A DNA stretch of 63,476 bases, the filler included, from Intoshia linei (taxonomy: Eukaryota; Animalia; Orthonectida), in assembly GCA_001642005.1 (NCBI GenBank). It is 6 parts of 6 records of this genome, joined end to end, with 100 filler letters (N's around TTAATTAATTAA, not from the genome) between each part and the next. Parts side by side here need not be neighbours in the genome. Positions count along the whole stretch, not along the records: positions 42,386 to 57,406 come from LWCA01000933.1; positions 57,507 to 61,587 come from LWCA01001989.1; positions 61,688 to 63,476 come from LWCA01002501.1; 3 more parts are not named here. One strand, given 5' to 3'. Below, piece after piece: positions 49,954 to 63,476 of the stretch (the stretch's first letter is position 1; the number at the start of each line of letters is the position of its first letter). The translations under genes were made by a program, and so were the position numbers. The notes below the pieces were generated by a model. That model was given only the letters and a program-made list of their open reading frames with translations, was not told where the DNA came from and did no database searches.

Positions 49954-51116
49954 TCATGTTTCTACTGTACTATCTTTGGTTCCAGTATTCGAAAAACGTT
50001 TCATTCTATCTATTTTTTTTTGCTAAAAAATAATATATTATAAATTATCTAATTTTACATCAATAGATAGTTTTTCGGTGAGTCCATACTTTTCACGTCT
50101 TTTTTTTAACTTTTCTTCGTCGATTTCTTTTATTAATACAGGTGAAGTTACTACTCCAAAACGTTCAGCCCTTTTTTTAAGAAGATCAATATTCTAAAAA
50201 AAATTATCTAGATAAAATAAGACTTGCCGTATTTCCTACAACAGCAACATTATTTGTGCCTCCAAATCTAAAATATATATGTCAATAAAATCAAAATATT
50301 ATATCACATCATAGACATGAAATGGACTAAGAAGGCAATCATTAAAAAGGGGATTTAATAATCAAAAGATAGAAACCATTTTAAAATCGTTAATAACGTA
50401 ATGTGACATATGAACTAAATTTAAAGTTATTTCGTACAATTTCTCACTGTATAAGATAGACTTTAAAGTTTTAAACCAACAAACACCAAAATATGGACTT
50501 AACGATTTAAATTTTAATGTAAAATAATGCCTGCCATAGATGATTCAAAATTTATTACTACATTTACCTTTCCAAACGCATCCGTTTGCGTTCACTGTCG
50601 CTAATGAAATTGAATCGCTCACATCTCTTTTTTATACGCTAAATAAATGAGATTATAAAATTAATTCTACAAAATGAAGGGAATTTAATTGTCATGATTT
50701 ATTTATAGGTACCTCGGTTTCTGTAATTTCACAAGTTTTGGTGGTTTCATTGTCAGGCCTAAATTTAAATTATTCAAATATTTAATATAAACATTACATT
50801 TCATCCTCTGTTACTTCGATTTCCAAAGCAGTTTGAACGCTGGGTGTTAAATCAGTTTCAGTTATTTCTGTTGGTTGTATAACCTTTTCCGGTAATTCTG
50901 AAGGTTCGTCTATGTTATCTTCCAAGGTTAATTCTGTTGAATCCAGATCCAACAGAGGTTCTGAAATATTAATTTCTGAACCATCTTCTGTATCTTGAGG
51001 GATAACTTCCTTGGTTATTTTTGTAGCTTTAACTCCTCTCTGAATTTACCAAATAAATAATTAAGTGGGTGCATTACCTTCACAACCTTTTTTTTCTTTT
51101 TTACTATTTTAGTCAT
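49954..51116 (-). CDS. SARNP: SARNP/CIP29/Tho1-like mRNA export factor (no clear SAP domain)
   Basis: Repeated basic R..RF motifs: KRCERF, RKRMRLERFG, LKKRAERFG, RMKRF; acidic N-terminal region; one GC-AG intron (donor at 50227). Confidence 0.7.
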
Positions 51117-51219
51117 TACAATTTATAAAATCAAAATGTTTATTTTATCAGTTTAAATTGGTTTCTAATAGAGATGTATCAATGGTGATCTATATTAAAG
51201 TTTACGTGTTCTGAAAAGA

Positions 51220-52070
51220 ATGAATGTAATAGTCCAATTAATATATTTTTGTAACTTTCATTTAACTTCTTGTATAATAGCTTTATTTAGTTTTACTCTT
51301 CAAGAATTTTAAATGTAACGATATCACATATGGGTCTGTTTTGAAATTGATAAACTTGTATTATGAAGTGAGATTACATTCGCATGAAGTAAAATACGGT
51401 GGAACTGGAAGTGGTCAACAAGTATTTATTAATCTAACATGAATTTGATTTTAATTAGTCCGTTACGGCTATTTCTGAATCTGACGATCATAACAGTTAT
51501 TGGAAAGTAATGACACCTCCGAATATTAAAAATGACGAGTAATTGTTTTTCCGTATATATCATTGTATTATTTTATAGACTCAACGTTAAATGCGGCGAT
51601 ACCATTAATTTATTACATGTATCTACCAAAAAGAAACTCCATAGTCATAATTTTCTATCGCCTTTATCAAGCAATTACGAGATTTCTGCTTTTGATTCTG
51701 ACAAAAAAATAAATTCAGGTAACAGTCAATATTGAGTATCTTTATTTCAATTAGATGACAATTTTATAGTGGAATGTATATCCAAAAAAATGTTTTGGGA
51801 TAGAGATGACTCCGTCAAATTTAAACATTCAAACACCAACAGGTTTGACATTTTATTTTCTATTTAATATATAGATATCTGGTCGTAAATGGTCAAATAT
51901 ATTCTCATCCTATCCAAGGCCAATACGAAGTTTCGGGGAAATTTGACAATAGCAAAAAAAGTCAATGGAAAGCTGCTGAAGGAATTTTTATCAAGAAACC
52001 ACATTTTAATCATAATGAAAAAACAAAAAAAAATAATCAAAATTCGGAACATATTCATAATGAACTATAA
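51220..52070 (+). CDS. SDF2: Stromal cell-derived factor 2 (MIR domains)
   Basis: ITYGSVLKLIN..VRLHSHEVKYG..GSGQQSVTA..DDHNSYW; LHSHNFLSPLS; HPIQGQYEV; WKAAEGIFIK; C-terminal HNEL; start approximate. Confidence 0.92.
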
Positions 52071-52085
52071 ATTTATAAACAATTT

Positions 52086-52842
52086 CTATACATCTTTTAA
52101 CATTTTAACTAATTTTTCATTTTCTTCACGATACATTTGTCCATTCTTGTCAATACAAAAATCATAATCTATTAGTATTTCCAGTGATTTTTCGATTTCG
52201 TCATCCAAGTTTATCTCGTCAATGTAACCTTTTACTTCAATCTAAAACCAATCAGTATCATAATTGGTAATTATACCTGCAATTTTTCCACTTTTTGGTT
52301 TAATTCGGTAATCATTTTATTATTTGCTTCTATCAATCCATTTGCATCCTCGTTGTATATTAATTTTTGGTCCAATTCACAATTTTTGATAAATTTTTCT
52401 CTAATTACTTCAATTAATTTTTAGCTAATGATTAATATGAAATTTTTACCTATGGGGTTTAATTTCTTTGTTCCAGGCGTCAATTTCATCAATTTTATCA
52501 TCCAAGTAGTCAGTGGTTTCTTTTTTTAGAGCCGAATCAATATTTTCATGTTGTAGATATTTACTAAACATTCAGTAATTTATTAGATTAAAATTACACT
52601 ATTGAACGCATTTCTATTTTATACTCCCGGTTAAGTTTTAATAGTCTTTCAAATTCTTCGGGGACAATAGGCGTGGGTTGTCTGACTTTGAAAAATTTAC
52701 TCTTGCTTCTTGGTAACCATTTTGGTTTTTTACTTTGTCTTTGATTTTTACGGTGTAGAGGCCATTTACTTTCATGTTTTGGTATGGATGTGGTTAATTT
52801 TCTTATCTCTAAATTCAACTTAACACCTTTTAGGAAAGACAT
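52086..52842 (-). CDS. MRPS26: Mitochondrial ribosomal protein S26 (mS26)
   Basis: KKPKWLPRSKSKFFKVRQPTPIVPEEF..YKIEMRSI; C-terminal NLDDEIEKSLE..DYDFCIDKNG; basic N-terminal presequence. Confidence 0.8.
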
Positions 52843-53245
52843 TAACAAAATTCGTTTCAAATTGTGTCTATACCGACGAAAAATATACTTCAAAGTATAC
52901 AAACAATTGATGGATGAGCCATCATGTCCCGGCTATGCACATTTAGTAAGGAACTTTTCAAAATAAAAATATTTGCTAAATTCCCAGCTTTGAGAATATG
53001 TAAAATTCTCTTTGATTTAAACAAAATAATTCGCCTTACAAATAAATCTACTCATGCAATTTGTTACAAAAAATTATTTTCATTACAAAAAAGTAGTTAT
53101 AACCTTACATTCAAAATTATTAGACAAAATTATGTATTTATTTGTTTGTATTTTATAATTTACAAAATGTCTGGTGAAAATTGTAACTAAATATCGTTCA
53201 TATTAATTCTCAAAACTCAAAATTTTCTTTAAGTTGTCTAAATAT

Positions 53246-55928
53246 ATGCTAAATTTACCATGGGTAAAGCACAATTTAAAAATACGCGCCAAGGCCTTAA
53301 ATCCAGTGTAAATCTATATAATTAAGAATTTACTTACTTTTTAGACTTCCTATAAAAGGTCAAAATAATGTTTTAATTACATCTGCATTACCCTACGTTA
53401 ACAATATACCTCATTTAGGAAATATTATAGGGTCTGTACTCAGTGGTGATGTTTTTTCTAAATATTGTAAATTGAGAGGACACAATACACTGTATTTTTA
53501 CGTTTAAATTTTATAAATTATTCAAATTAGGTACATATGTGGAACTGATGAATTTGGTACAGCCACACAAACAGCTGCATTAAAATCAAATGTGACACCT
53601 AAAGAAATTTGTGACAAGTATTACAAAATACACTATGATGTGTATAAATGGTTCAATATTGAATTTGATAATTTTGGTCGCACAACGTGTAAAGAACAAA
53701 CGCCAATTTCTCAATATATTTTCAATTCGCTTTACAAAAAAGGGTATATTAGTTCTAAAACGGTCGAACAAATGTACTGTCAAAATTGTAAAATGTTTTT
53801 GGCGGATAGATTTATTGAGGGTATATGTTATTTATGCAATTTTCCGGACGCTCGTGGAGATCAGTGTGATAAATGTGGTAAACTTATGAACGCTATAGAA
53901 CTCATTAATTCTAAATGCAAAATGTGCAAATCGGATCCAGTTAGAAAGACTTCTGATCATTTGTTTATTGATTTGGATAAATTGCAACCTTTATTAGAAG
54001 ATCATGTTTCTAAAAGTAATTTTTCAAAAAATTGGACTGAAAATGCGGTGGGTATAACCAAGGGTTGGTTAAAAGAAAAATTAAAAGCTCGATGTATCAC
54101 CCGAGATTTACATTGGGGAACACCAGTACCGTTAGAAGGTTATAAAGATAAAGTATTTTATGTTTGGTTTGACGCACCTATTGGTTATATATCTTTTACT
54201 GCTGAATATACTAAACAATGGGAAAAGTGGTGGAAGAATCCTGACGAGGTAATTATTTCTATTTACATTCATTGTTGATTATTGAGAAAAATATCTTATA
54301 AATTTAAATTAAATTTTTTACTTGTATATTAAGATATATTAAAGTATTTACATCAGCTATTTTTAACGTGATCCATGTGGACCACGTTTTCCACAAAATA
54401 ATTTTAGATTTTATAAAAATTTTTTATTATTGTCAAGTAAATAGATTTGATTTCAAATTCAGTTAGAACCAATGTTGCCGTGCTTCTTACTTGATGGCCC
54501 ACCAGGATCTAAATAAACCCAGAAAATTTTTATTTACAAATTTATTTATACTTTATAAACATTTATGATTTGACGGTTGAGTCCATAATAAATACAAAAA
54601 TTTTGAAGGAATCCAGAGTTGAAAAAATTTAGAACTTCTGATTTATATTATATATTAGGTGGAATATTATCAATTTATTGGTAAAGATAATGTTCCTTTT
54701 CATGCAGTTATGTTTCCTTGCAGTTTATTAGGTACCGGTGAGGCGTGGACATATGTAACACATTTGTGTGCTACAGGTATAATTTTATTAATATAAGTGT
54801 TCGACCACTTCCGACGGATTCATTGAATTAAATACGCTTATGATGTAATTCATAAATAATATCTCGATTGTTTACTAATCGCATCGGAATTGGTCGAATC
54901 TATACACTGCAATGTAAATTGTCAGTTATACAAATTTTTAGAATATTTAAACTATGAGGGTCAAAAGTTTTCAAAAAGTCGCGGTGTGGGTTTATTTGGA
55001 GACGAAGTCCAAAAAACTGGCATACCGAGTGACATATGGAGATTTTACTTGTTAGCAGTTCGGCCGGAATCCAATGATTCTACATTCTCCTGGGAAGATT
55101 TAGTTCATAAAACGAATTTCGAATTACTCAATAACATTGGAAATTTTGTTCACAGATCTTGCAGTTTTCTAAAGAACTTTTTTGGTGGTAAAATATCTCA
55201 TGTTAATTTGACCGATGATTCGATTGACTTAATATCTAAAATTGACATTGAAACCGTTCGTTATGTGGAGAAAATGGAAAAAACTGAATTTAGAGAAGCC
55301 CTCAAATCTGTACTAAGTATTAGTCGACTAGGAAATCAATTTATGCAATTAAATAAACCTTGGGAAACAGTTAAAACATCAAATACGAAACAATTGGCGC
55401 TTGAAACTTGCAGTTTATGTGTAAATGTAGTTGCCCACATTTCTGTTTTATTGTCACCTTTCATGCCCGATACAAACAAAACAATAAAAAAGTTTTTAAA
55501 GTTGGATGATTATATTTTATCTGAACCATTTGGATTGAAACAATATTTATCTGTTGGTCACGAAATTAGCAAAGTTTCATAAAAGTTTATTTTTTTAATG
55601 TATTAATTTAGCCCGTCATCCTTTTTGAAAAACTGGACATGGAAAAAATTGAAAAATTTATATCAAATAAACAAGTTGTTCCAAATGTGGTATCATTTTC
55701 TTTTCTATATACATTTTTTATTCTTTATAGATCAAGTTGACTGAACAACAAGTTCAACAAATCGAACAAGATATCCAGACACAGGTATTACATATTTGCG
55801 TGCTTTTCATTTTCTCTTAGGGGGATTTAATTAGAAAATTAAAATTGGAAAAATCTACCAAATCTCAATTAAAGCCACATATTGACAAACTTATCGATAT
55901 GAAACAGAAACTAAAAATAGGAAAATAA
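53246..55928 (+). CDS. MARS1: Cytoplasmic methionyl-tRNA synthetase with C-terminal WHEP domain
   Basis: [27 protein letters not shown]; zinc knuckles; [13 protein letters not shown]; [12 protein letters not shown]; GKDNVPFH; KFSKSRGVG; WHEP-like [19 protein letters not shown]. Start approximate. Confidence 0.96.
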
Positions 55929-55962
55929 ATGTAATTTTGTATAAATAAAGTTTATTTATAAC

Positions 55963-56402
55963 ATGTCTGAAAATGAAAAAGATAATTCTACTTTTCGAAA
56001 TTATTCTAAATTTAAATTAATTCGTTTCCCTTTACTATCAACACCTGATGGACAAGATTCATTGTACAAAGTATTCAGAACTACTCTATCTACAACTACA
56101 ATCGGAGCAGGTAAAATCAGTGTTGATATAAATTTCATTTACACATCATAGTATTTACCTATCTGGACCTTATTTCTACCATTAATTTAACCACATTGAA
56201 TTGGAAGATTATAAAAGGACGTTTCAAAAAAATTACTATTCCAGCAGGTAATACAGAATATATACCTTTACACTGCTTTTAGCATTTCTAGGGTACGTTT
56301 ATTCTAGTACCGCCAATGTATCTGGTTCAATAAGAGGTAGAAATGATAGTATCAATCACTCTAATGCTGGAATCGCTTCAGGAATTGCACTTGCATATTT
56401 AA
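55963..56402 (+). CDS. NDUFA11: Tim17/Tim22-family protein, NDUFA11 (complex I B14.7)-like; 3' exons not resolved
   Basis: STPDGQDSLYKV; TM segments; SIRGRNDSINHSNAGIASG matches the R.KDD..N...G...G family motif. Confidence 0.6.
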
Positions 56403-56639
56403 GTAATAAATTAACATTGATATGTAACAATGGTTCGTAAACTTAAAACTCCAAGGACCTTACAAAATTAAAGTAAATATCCTTTGGTAAGTTTTTTTCC
56501 TGAAAATGTAAATTTCTGAGGTTGAAACACTGGAAAAAACTATTGTTTTTTAAATAATCAAGACCACATACAGTGTTGATCATAAAGTTATAATAATTGC
56601 TTTTTACATATTCTGTGGTTACTAATTCACTAATGAGTA

Positions 56640-57360
56640 GATGAAATTAAATAATATTTTGTAACACCTCATTTAGCATGTATGAGAGGCATAATTCTCC
56701 GTGACATACTATTAATACAGTCTTTTCAAATTAGGAGAATTGTATGAACTTCCTCTTTCAATTGTGCCCACACATTTTCGATTGGGTTCATATTTGAGGA
56801 ATTTACGGGTCATTCAAGAACGGTAATCCCTTCATTTTGGAAATATGAAGTTACAAATTTAGCTTTGTAACATGGAGCAGAATCATGTTGGAATATATGC
56901 TCTTAATCAATGTGTCGTTGTGTCATTTCATCAAAAAAATACTCATACCTTCAAAAATCTGTAATTCACCCATTCCCACAGAAGATATAGCCCCAAACCA
57001 TTACTTTTGTTGGATAATTTTACTGTTTGTATGATGCATTCTGGCCTTGATGATTCGCATGATCTTCTGCGCACATTTTTACATTAGTTGCCTATCACAC
57101 AAATCATTGATTCGTCCGAAAAAATTACAAATTAGGTGGTTTTTTATTAATTAGTACAAAATTAATGAATATAATATAATACAATTTATTTTAACTTATT
57201 AAATAAATTTATACTTAATAAATAAGCTCATTCCATTTATGTTCATTCCAATTTTCATGACTTTTTTCCCATAAACACCTTGATTTTTTTCTTCTCTCAC
57301 TAAGGAGGGGTTTTCTTGTTTTTCAGTAAGATCTGTAAGCTGCCTCCAATATTCTACGAT
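56640..57360 (-). pseudogene. Tc1/mariner transposase relic
   Basis: FSDESM; ISSVGMGELQIFEG; HIFQHDSAPCYKAK..VLE*PVNSSNMNPIENVW; stops and frameshifts. Confidence 0.88.
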
Positions 57361-58339
57361 TAACAGTTAACCTTGACACATTAACATTTTAAGTTTGTAA
57401 TTTTCTNNNNNNNNNNNNNNNNNNNNNNNNNNNNNNNNNNNNNNNNNNNNTTAATTAATTAANNNNNNNNNNNNNNNNNNNNNNNNNNNNNNNNNNNNNN
57501 NNNNNNTGATTTATAATAAAGTTACAATAAAAACGACATTACTTATAAAACGACCTAATAAATATCGATCCTACGATTTCAAAAAAAAATGTGCAGTGAA
57601 CGTCTACACATTTTCAATAAAGAAATATGGGTGAAAATCTATATAATTTATTCTATCGGAATTTTTTTCATTGATACGCAATTTAAAAAAAAAAATTGAG
57701 TCCGTCAGGGTCTAAAACCCAAATTTTATTTTTTTAAATAAAATGAGTCTTAAAATTTTACAAATCTTTAACATTTTCGTTCATGTCAACCTCAAAGACA
57801 TAAATCTTTACAGTCCACAGTGTAGACTCCACACCTAAAATTATATTTTATTTTAATTTAAATATTGATCCCACAATTCAAAAAAAAATTTGAGTCAAAA
57901 ACTTATACACTGGAAATACAAAAATTTAAATTTTAGTCATAGTAATTGATCCCTTCATGTTTTTACATAAACACACGATACCACATTTGAGAATTTGGGA
58001 AATTTAGGACATTGGGAAAATTTTCAAAGTTTCTGGTTGCTTAGCACTAAATACATTCTACTGTATATAAATACTATAATAATACTTATTATAATAAAAG
58101 TAAATGTCAAAATTACGCTGTATTCATCCAATGAAATATATTTTTCTCTTTCTAAATACAAATTGTTATATTTTGTCTTGTAGTTGATTCGAGTACTAGG
58201 GTTAAATTTACATATATGTGACATTATGCAATCTTTTTTCCAATATATTATTTTACTAATATTAACTAAAATAATTTAATCATTTTAATTAATACATGTA
58301 ACCATATATCAACTGAAACATAAACATTAAACAATGTAC

Positions 58340-59670
58340 ATATTTAAACATTACCAATGTTTAGTTTTTTTGACAAAAATTTTAAATTATATGGATCAGG
58401 TTGAACATATGTATCCATATTTGTTGGGTTACTAGTTGATTCATCCAACTAAAATTATTTAGATAATCAATACGTTCATTTATATAAATTTTCTTTCATT
58501 TACATTTTTAAAATCGTGTGTTATAGGTCCAGTGTATTTTTCATTGAATATTATACCTTGAGATACAATATTGTTTTTATGGTTGTTTATGAAATTTTCT
58601 TTTTTCTGGAATGTAAATGGTGTAATTTGACTAGTTTTCAAGTCTAAGAATAAAAAATTACGAATTTTTATTATTGTACTTCATGATTATTGTAAGCACA
58701 TATTATCTACACTAGGACAGTGCTTTCCAACCCATTTTGGTTGGCGACACATTAATCTAAAAATATACTATTGATTCGTTGAAAAAAAATTTTATCTAAT
58801 AATCTCTAAATAAATATAAAATTATTGCTCCACTATATATTAAAAAAAATTACATTTGAATAAACGAGATTTAAATTATTTTTTCATTATTTCAAAAATG
58901 TGCGTGAACGATATGAAAAGGTGTATTTGATGACTAATTTGATGCTTTATATATTGATTTTGACTGTAAAATAATCATTTTGGTGATGAATTTAATCAAA
59001 TTTAGTGAAAAATAACGCTATTTTAGTTATGTTTAGTTTAGTTTAGTTTAGTTATGTAAAAATTTTATTTTCATTTGAAAATCTTATTTATGCTATTTAG
59101 AACCAAAAATTTTAAAAAGTTTGGCGACACACCGGTTGGAAAGCACTGCACTAGGATGTGATTAGGTATGATCATTAAAGTACCAACCAAATCAAAATCA
59201 AATCAATAAAAACCAATCAACATGATTAAACATACAGTACAACAGTGATAACAGGATTATAATCCTGTTAATTCATTTTGAAAAGTCAAAATCGTATTAA
59301 TCAATGACTCATCTGCAAAATGTTGCAATAATGATTGATGATATTTAAAAAATAGATAACTGATTTTAAAATAACCCTGTTTTTTTCGAATTTTCTTTTC
59401 ATTTTTAATTTCATTGAGCCTATTTTTATAATACTTGTCATTATCTCTTTTAATTTTTCCTTTGGGATAATTCCAAGGTTTCATTGAATCTTTAGAGTTT
59501 CTTTTCGGAATATTAAGATTATAGTACCTCAATTGAAAATTTGGTGGTTTAATGTCACTTATGCAACAAGTTTGTACTTTTTTTGTGTCTCCAACATCAA
59601 TACATTTACTTCGATATTCATCCAATAACAAATTTGCGCTTATTTTGTTCTTATCGGGTAACAAAAACAT
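58340..59670 (-). CDS. Uncharacterised protein (multi-exon; weak resemblance to C7orf78-like proteins)
   Basis: Exon with IKPPNFQLRYY..KPWNY; downstream GT-AG exons ..YTGPITHDFK and ..DTYVQPDPYNLKFLSKKL; 3' end approximate. Confidence 0.5.
58718..59148. mobile_element. hAT MITE
   Basis: Perfect 15-bp TIR cagtgctttccaacc; perfect TSD CACTAGGA at 58710-58717 and 59149-59156. Confidence 0.92.
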
Positions 59671-60556
59671 TAATTTTCAAATCTATTATAGTTAATTAAT
59701 ATACTGATAGTTTTCAGTTTTAAACAATAACAATATTTTTGGTAACGTGTTCGATTTATTTTTAAAATGAGATTAAACATTTATTGATTTACAAGTCCGT
59801 ATTATCTCATAATGTATTGTCAACATTCACATTATATTATAATTATTATTCCATTTATGCTCTTATTGTTACGATTAATTAGTTACATATGAATTTTCAA
59901 TAATTTTAATATCATATACATTCAATCGTAATAATTTGAGTAAATTAATAAATACATTTACCGTTATTTTAATTTATAAATTAGATTTTGTATTATGAAT
60001 ATTGTATTTGAAAAATTTGAAAGATTCAAAATGTTCAACTAACGTTTATAACTTCATGTATATTAATTGTATCATCAACTTTTCTGGGTCATTTAATTTT
60101 TCATAACATTAAGTACCTACATAGATCAATTTCTGTTAAAATTTTAAATTTAAGATGTAATTATTGCAATTATAATTATAATTATCATTAAAATACAATA
60201 CATTGAATAAAATTGTTGAAAACTAAATAATATCGTTTTTACTCGAATGTACTCGGAACAACTTAAATAAACTGTTGACAACTCAATATAACTTTGAACA
60301 ATTCCGATTTCAATTAAAATGACATTAAATTATTTAAATATCGGTCAAGCCGAGATGTATGACATAAAACTTAATTTTAATTATATTATTTGTGTTTTCA
60401 CATGTTTTTTTTTCAATAATTTAATTTTTTACAACAGATGTTAGAGGAAATTTTATAATTTACACTCACGCGAACTAGAGAATTGAAAACTCAAGTTATA
60501 GACTACAAATTATTTTTGATTTACATTTTTAGAAAAATATTTTTTTATAAAAAGTA

Positions 60557-61348
60557 CAGTAGACACTCAAAAAGTGACCACTTCGAACGGGTGACCACCT
60601 CCCAAAAGTGACCACTTTTTAAGACAGTATAACAAATCCATACTAATATAAATAAATTTCTCTTCGAAAAAGTGACCAAAAATATAAATTAAATCGTGTC
60701 AATTTTATTGAAGACCAAATTAATGACGTTATTGACAATATCAATATAGCAGAAAATGAATAATTACAAAAATTTTGAAGAATTAAGAAAGGATGGAATC
60801 TATGCAATATTTAATAATCCTAGAAATTATGCAAAACTAGTGTTTCAAATGAAACCACTCAGAAATATTTTTGTATAATAGACAAATAATATATGATTAG
60901 CTTAGAAATTTCTCGTCTTATTTTTAATATATTTTCAAGGTGATAGTAACGATAGAGCAACTATCGTTAAACTCACTTCACTCTAGAATGAATATATTAT
61001 GTTAATTCATTTTCTACATGAAATATAATGTTTGATATATAAGTTTCTAGTAATACACTATCGAAGTTACTGCTAGTACTTAATATTATTATTTCGTTAC
61101 CAAATGTATTTATAACTTCATTTTTATGAGTTATACACCCCATTACGCTACTGTGATAATCAATGTAATTAATATTTTTAGTCGATTAATCAATCAGCTT
61201 CTGTTTCAGTTGTTAAAATGATAAATGTTATGTAAAATGAATACTGTATTTTAAAGAATATGTAACTATAGTAATGCCATCATTTTAACTTTAGTGGTAA
61301 AAGTGACCACTTTCCCCAAAAAAATGGTCACTTTTTAAGTGTTTACTG
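60557..61348. mobile_element. Tc1/pogo-type non-autonomous element
   Basis: TA|cagtagacactcaaaaagtgacca ... tggtcactttttaagtgtttactg|TA; subterminal aagtgacca repeats. Confidence 0.85.
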
Positions 61349-62307
61349 TATATTGTGTGCTATTTATTTGGTAATATGAATATTTACAATAAATTATATA
61401 CATTTATAGTTCTAATGCCAAACTTTAATCGATTCTTATTGAATAGCGTTTTGAGAGCTATTGATGAGGGGGAAGATGCAATTGAAAATATGAATATTGT
61501 TGATAACAGAAATGGAAATTGATTTCAGTGGTACTATTTATAAATTTGTTTCAGAGAATGATGCCTTTTTGGATATTACCGGATTTTNNNNNNNNNNNNN
61601 NNNNNNNNNNNNNNNNNNNNNNNNNNNNNNNTTAATTAATTAANNNNNNNNNNNNNNNNNNNNNNNNNNNNNNNNNNNNNNNNNNNNTCAATATATGTCT
61701 TTATTGAATAATTTTGTCACACCCTAATATATGCACTAATTATAAAAAAAACATTAATAATATTATAATAATAAATTCTTACTTTGAATTTTGTTGAAAT
61801 TTTTCCTATCATTTTGGATGTAATTATTCTTAGTAAGAATTTCTTACATTACCTGTGACTATTCTTACTTTGAATTTAAATATGATAATTTTAAAAATGA
61901 ATTTATATTTTGAAACTATATTATGGTTAAATGAATCTGCAAATAACATAATGATATTTTTAACAATTTAAACTCAGAAAATTCTAATATTTTTCTTAAA
62001 TATACATCTTTAACGTAAAAAATTATATTACATCGCTTGTAATTATGATTATATTGATAATGAAATGATATAGTTTCGCACCTCATTAAACAATTAAAAA
62101 TTAAGCTATTGATAAATACAACTATTTGTTGATTGATTCTATTCATGCTTCATTTCACATGTCAACGTAAACATATTTACATTTTAATTACAGTAATCTA
62201 CAACTGTTTTCTTCGATAAATGATAATTATAATAAGATAATTAAATATTTCATCAAAAGTTATATAAATCAAATAGAATCGTTGAGGTCTATTTTCTATT
62301 GCAATTA

Positions 62308-63476
62308 CAGTAGAAGCCGCTTATATTGGGACAGAGCAGTTTTGATCAGTATAAGCGGCTTTTTAAAATGTAGATAATTATATTTGTTTACATATTCGAT
62401 GAAAGTTATAGATACGAAATATTACATAAAAATACTTCAATAACATTTATTTAGACAAGAAATAATCATCAATTTTAGATTGTATTATATTTTCATGTAA
62501 TAATTCTTGAATGAAGCGATCATACTCGTAATGCTTTTCAAATCTTATAGATCTTTGTTGTACACCTCGACGTAGTACATTCAAGGCTTCTTTTAACTCA
62601 CGATTGGTTACTAGTGTCTCTAAAAATAATACAATTTTGAATGTAAAATACCTGTATCATTTTCAGTTTCATTCTCTAACAAATCACCTTTGTCAGTATT
62701 TACCTGGCACACGTCCAAAACATTAATATCAGAAGTAATTTCTATATTTACATCTACCCACCCACTGTTGAAATTCCCTATCATATAGTTCAGTCATTGT
62801 TATCATCTATTTGAGATGGTAGATTTATGGTATCTATTTTATTGAATCCTCCTTTTTTAAAGCAATTTTGTATTATCTGTATAGACACTTGCATCCAAGA
62901 ACTTGCTGCCATATACACTGCAGTAAGAACCGATATTTTTTTAGCAAGTACATTTGCGTTATACATATCACAATTATCAAGTTGTGTTATTATTTGAGAT
63001 CTGATTTCTTTTCGGTAATATGACTTAAAGGTTCGTATTATGCCCTGGTCACACGGCTGAATAATAGACGTTGTATTCGCCAGTAAAAACATGTTTTTGA
63101 TATGATTTAATTGGCCAATGTTTTTGTGAGCCATGCAATTGTCAAGTAATAACAGAATGTTATGACCCAAAGATAAATCCCATTTAATCAGCCAATCTGT
63201 GAATATAGATCTACTCATCCAAGAATTTTAACTACTTGTATAATCAATGGGTAACATTCTAATGCCTCTAAAGCATTGTGGACTTTTGCTTTTCCCGATT
63301 ACCAATAGTTTTTTTTGTGGCCTTCCATATTGACGCAGAACAATAATGTAAGTCGTTATTTGATTACTTTAAAACCCCTTACAGCTGTCATTTTTAAATA
63401 AATATGTATGATTAGGCAATGTCCGAAAATATAATCCGGTTTCATCAGCATTGTAAATGTTCTTCGGACTATATTC
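62308..63476 (-). mobile_element. pogo/Tigger (DDE_1) transposon, 3' part, frameshifted
   Basis: IYNADETGLYFR; LVIGKSKSPQCFRG; LLLDNCMAH; ANTTSIIQPCDQGIIRTFKSYYR; terminal TA|cagtagaagccgcttata. Confidence 0.92.

Overview
Very AT-rich, gene-dense eukaryotic (metazoan) DNA with many ultrashort (~30-45 nt) spliceosomal introns. Gene set and architecture suggest a compact-genome spiralian parasite such as the orthonectid Intoshia (inference only). Five 100-nt N-gaps each contain an artificial TTAATTAATTAA spacer. Recognisable genes in order: C2H2 zinc-finger protein, RBM7, CDT1, a 100-aa geminin-like gene absent from the ORF track, COG3, UTP23, MCM7, ISCA2, a secreted ShK-domain protein, an hnRNP A/B-like protein, a PA-domain protein, POLQ, SARNP/Tho1-like, SDF2, MRPS26, MARS1, NDUFA11-like, plus a few unknown genes. 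Larger introns and intergenic regions hold hAT, piggyBac-like and Tc1/pogo MITEs (several nested, with target-site duplications, TSDs) and decayed Harbinger, MULE, hAT, Tc1, pogo and LINE relics. Main finding: the geminin-like gene lies tail-to-tail with its classical target CDT1 (stop codons 64 nt apart), both carry E2F-like upstream motifs, and MCM7 lies about 10 kb away across one gap, suggesting a replication-licensing gene cluster. All exon models were spliced by eye and all family calls rest on remembered motifs; no searches were run.
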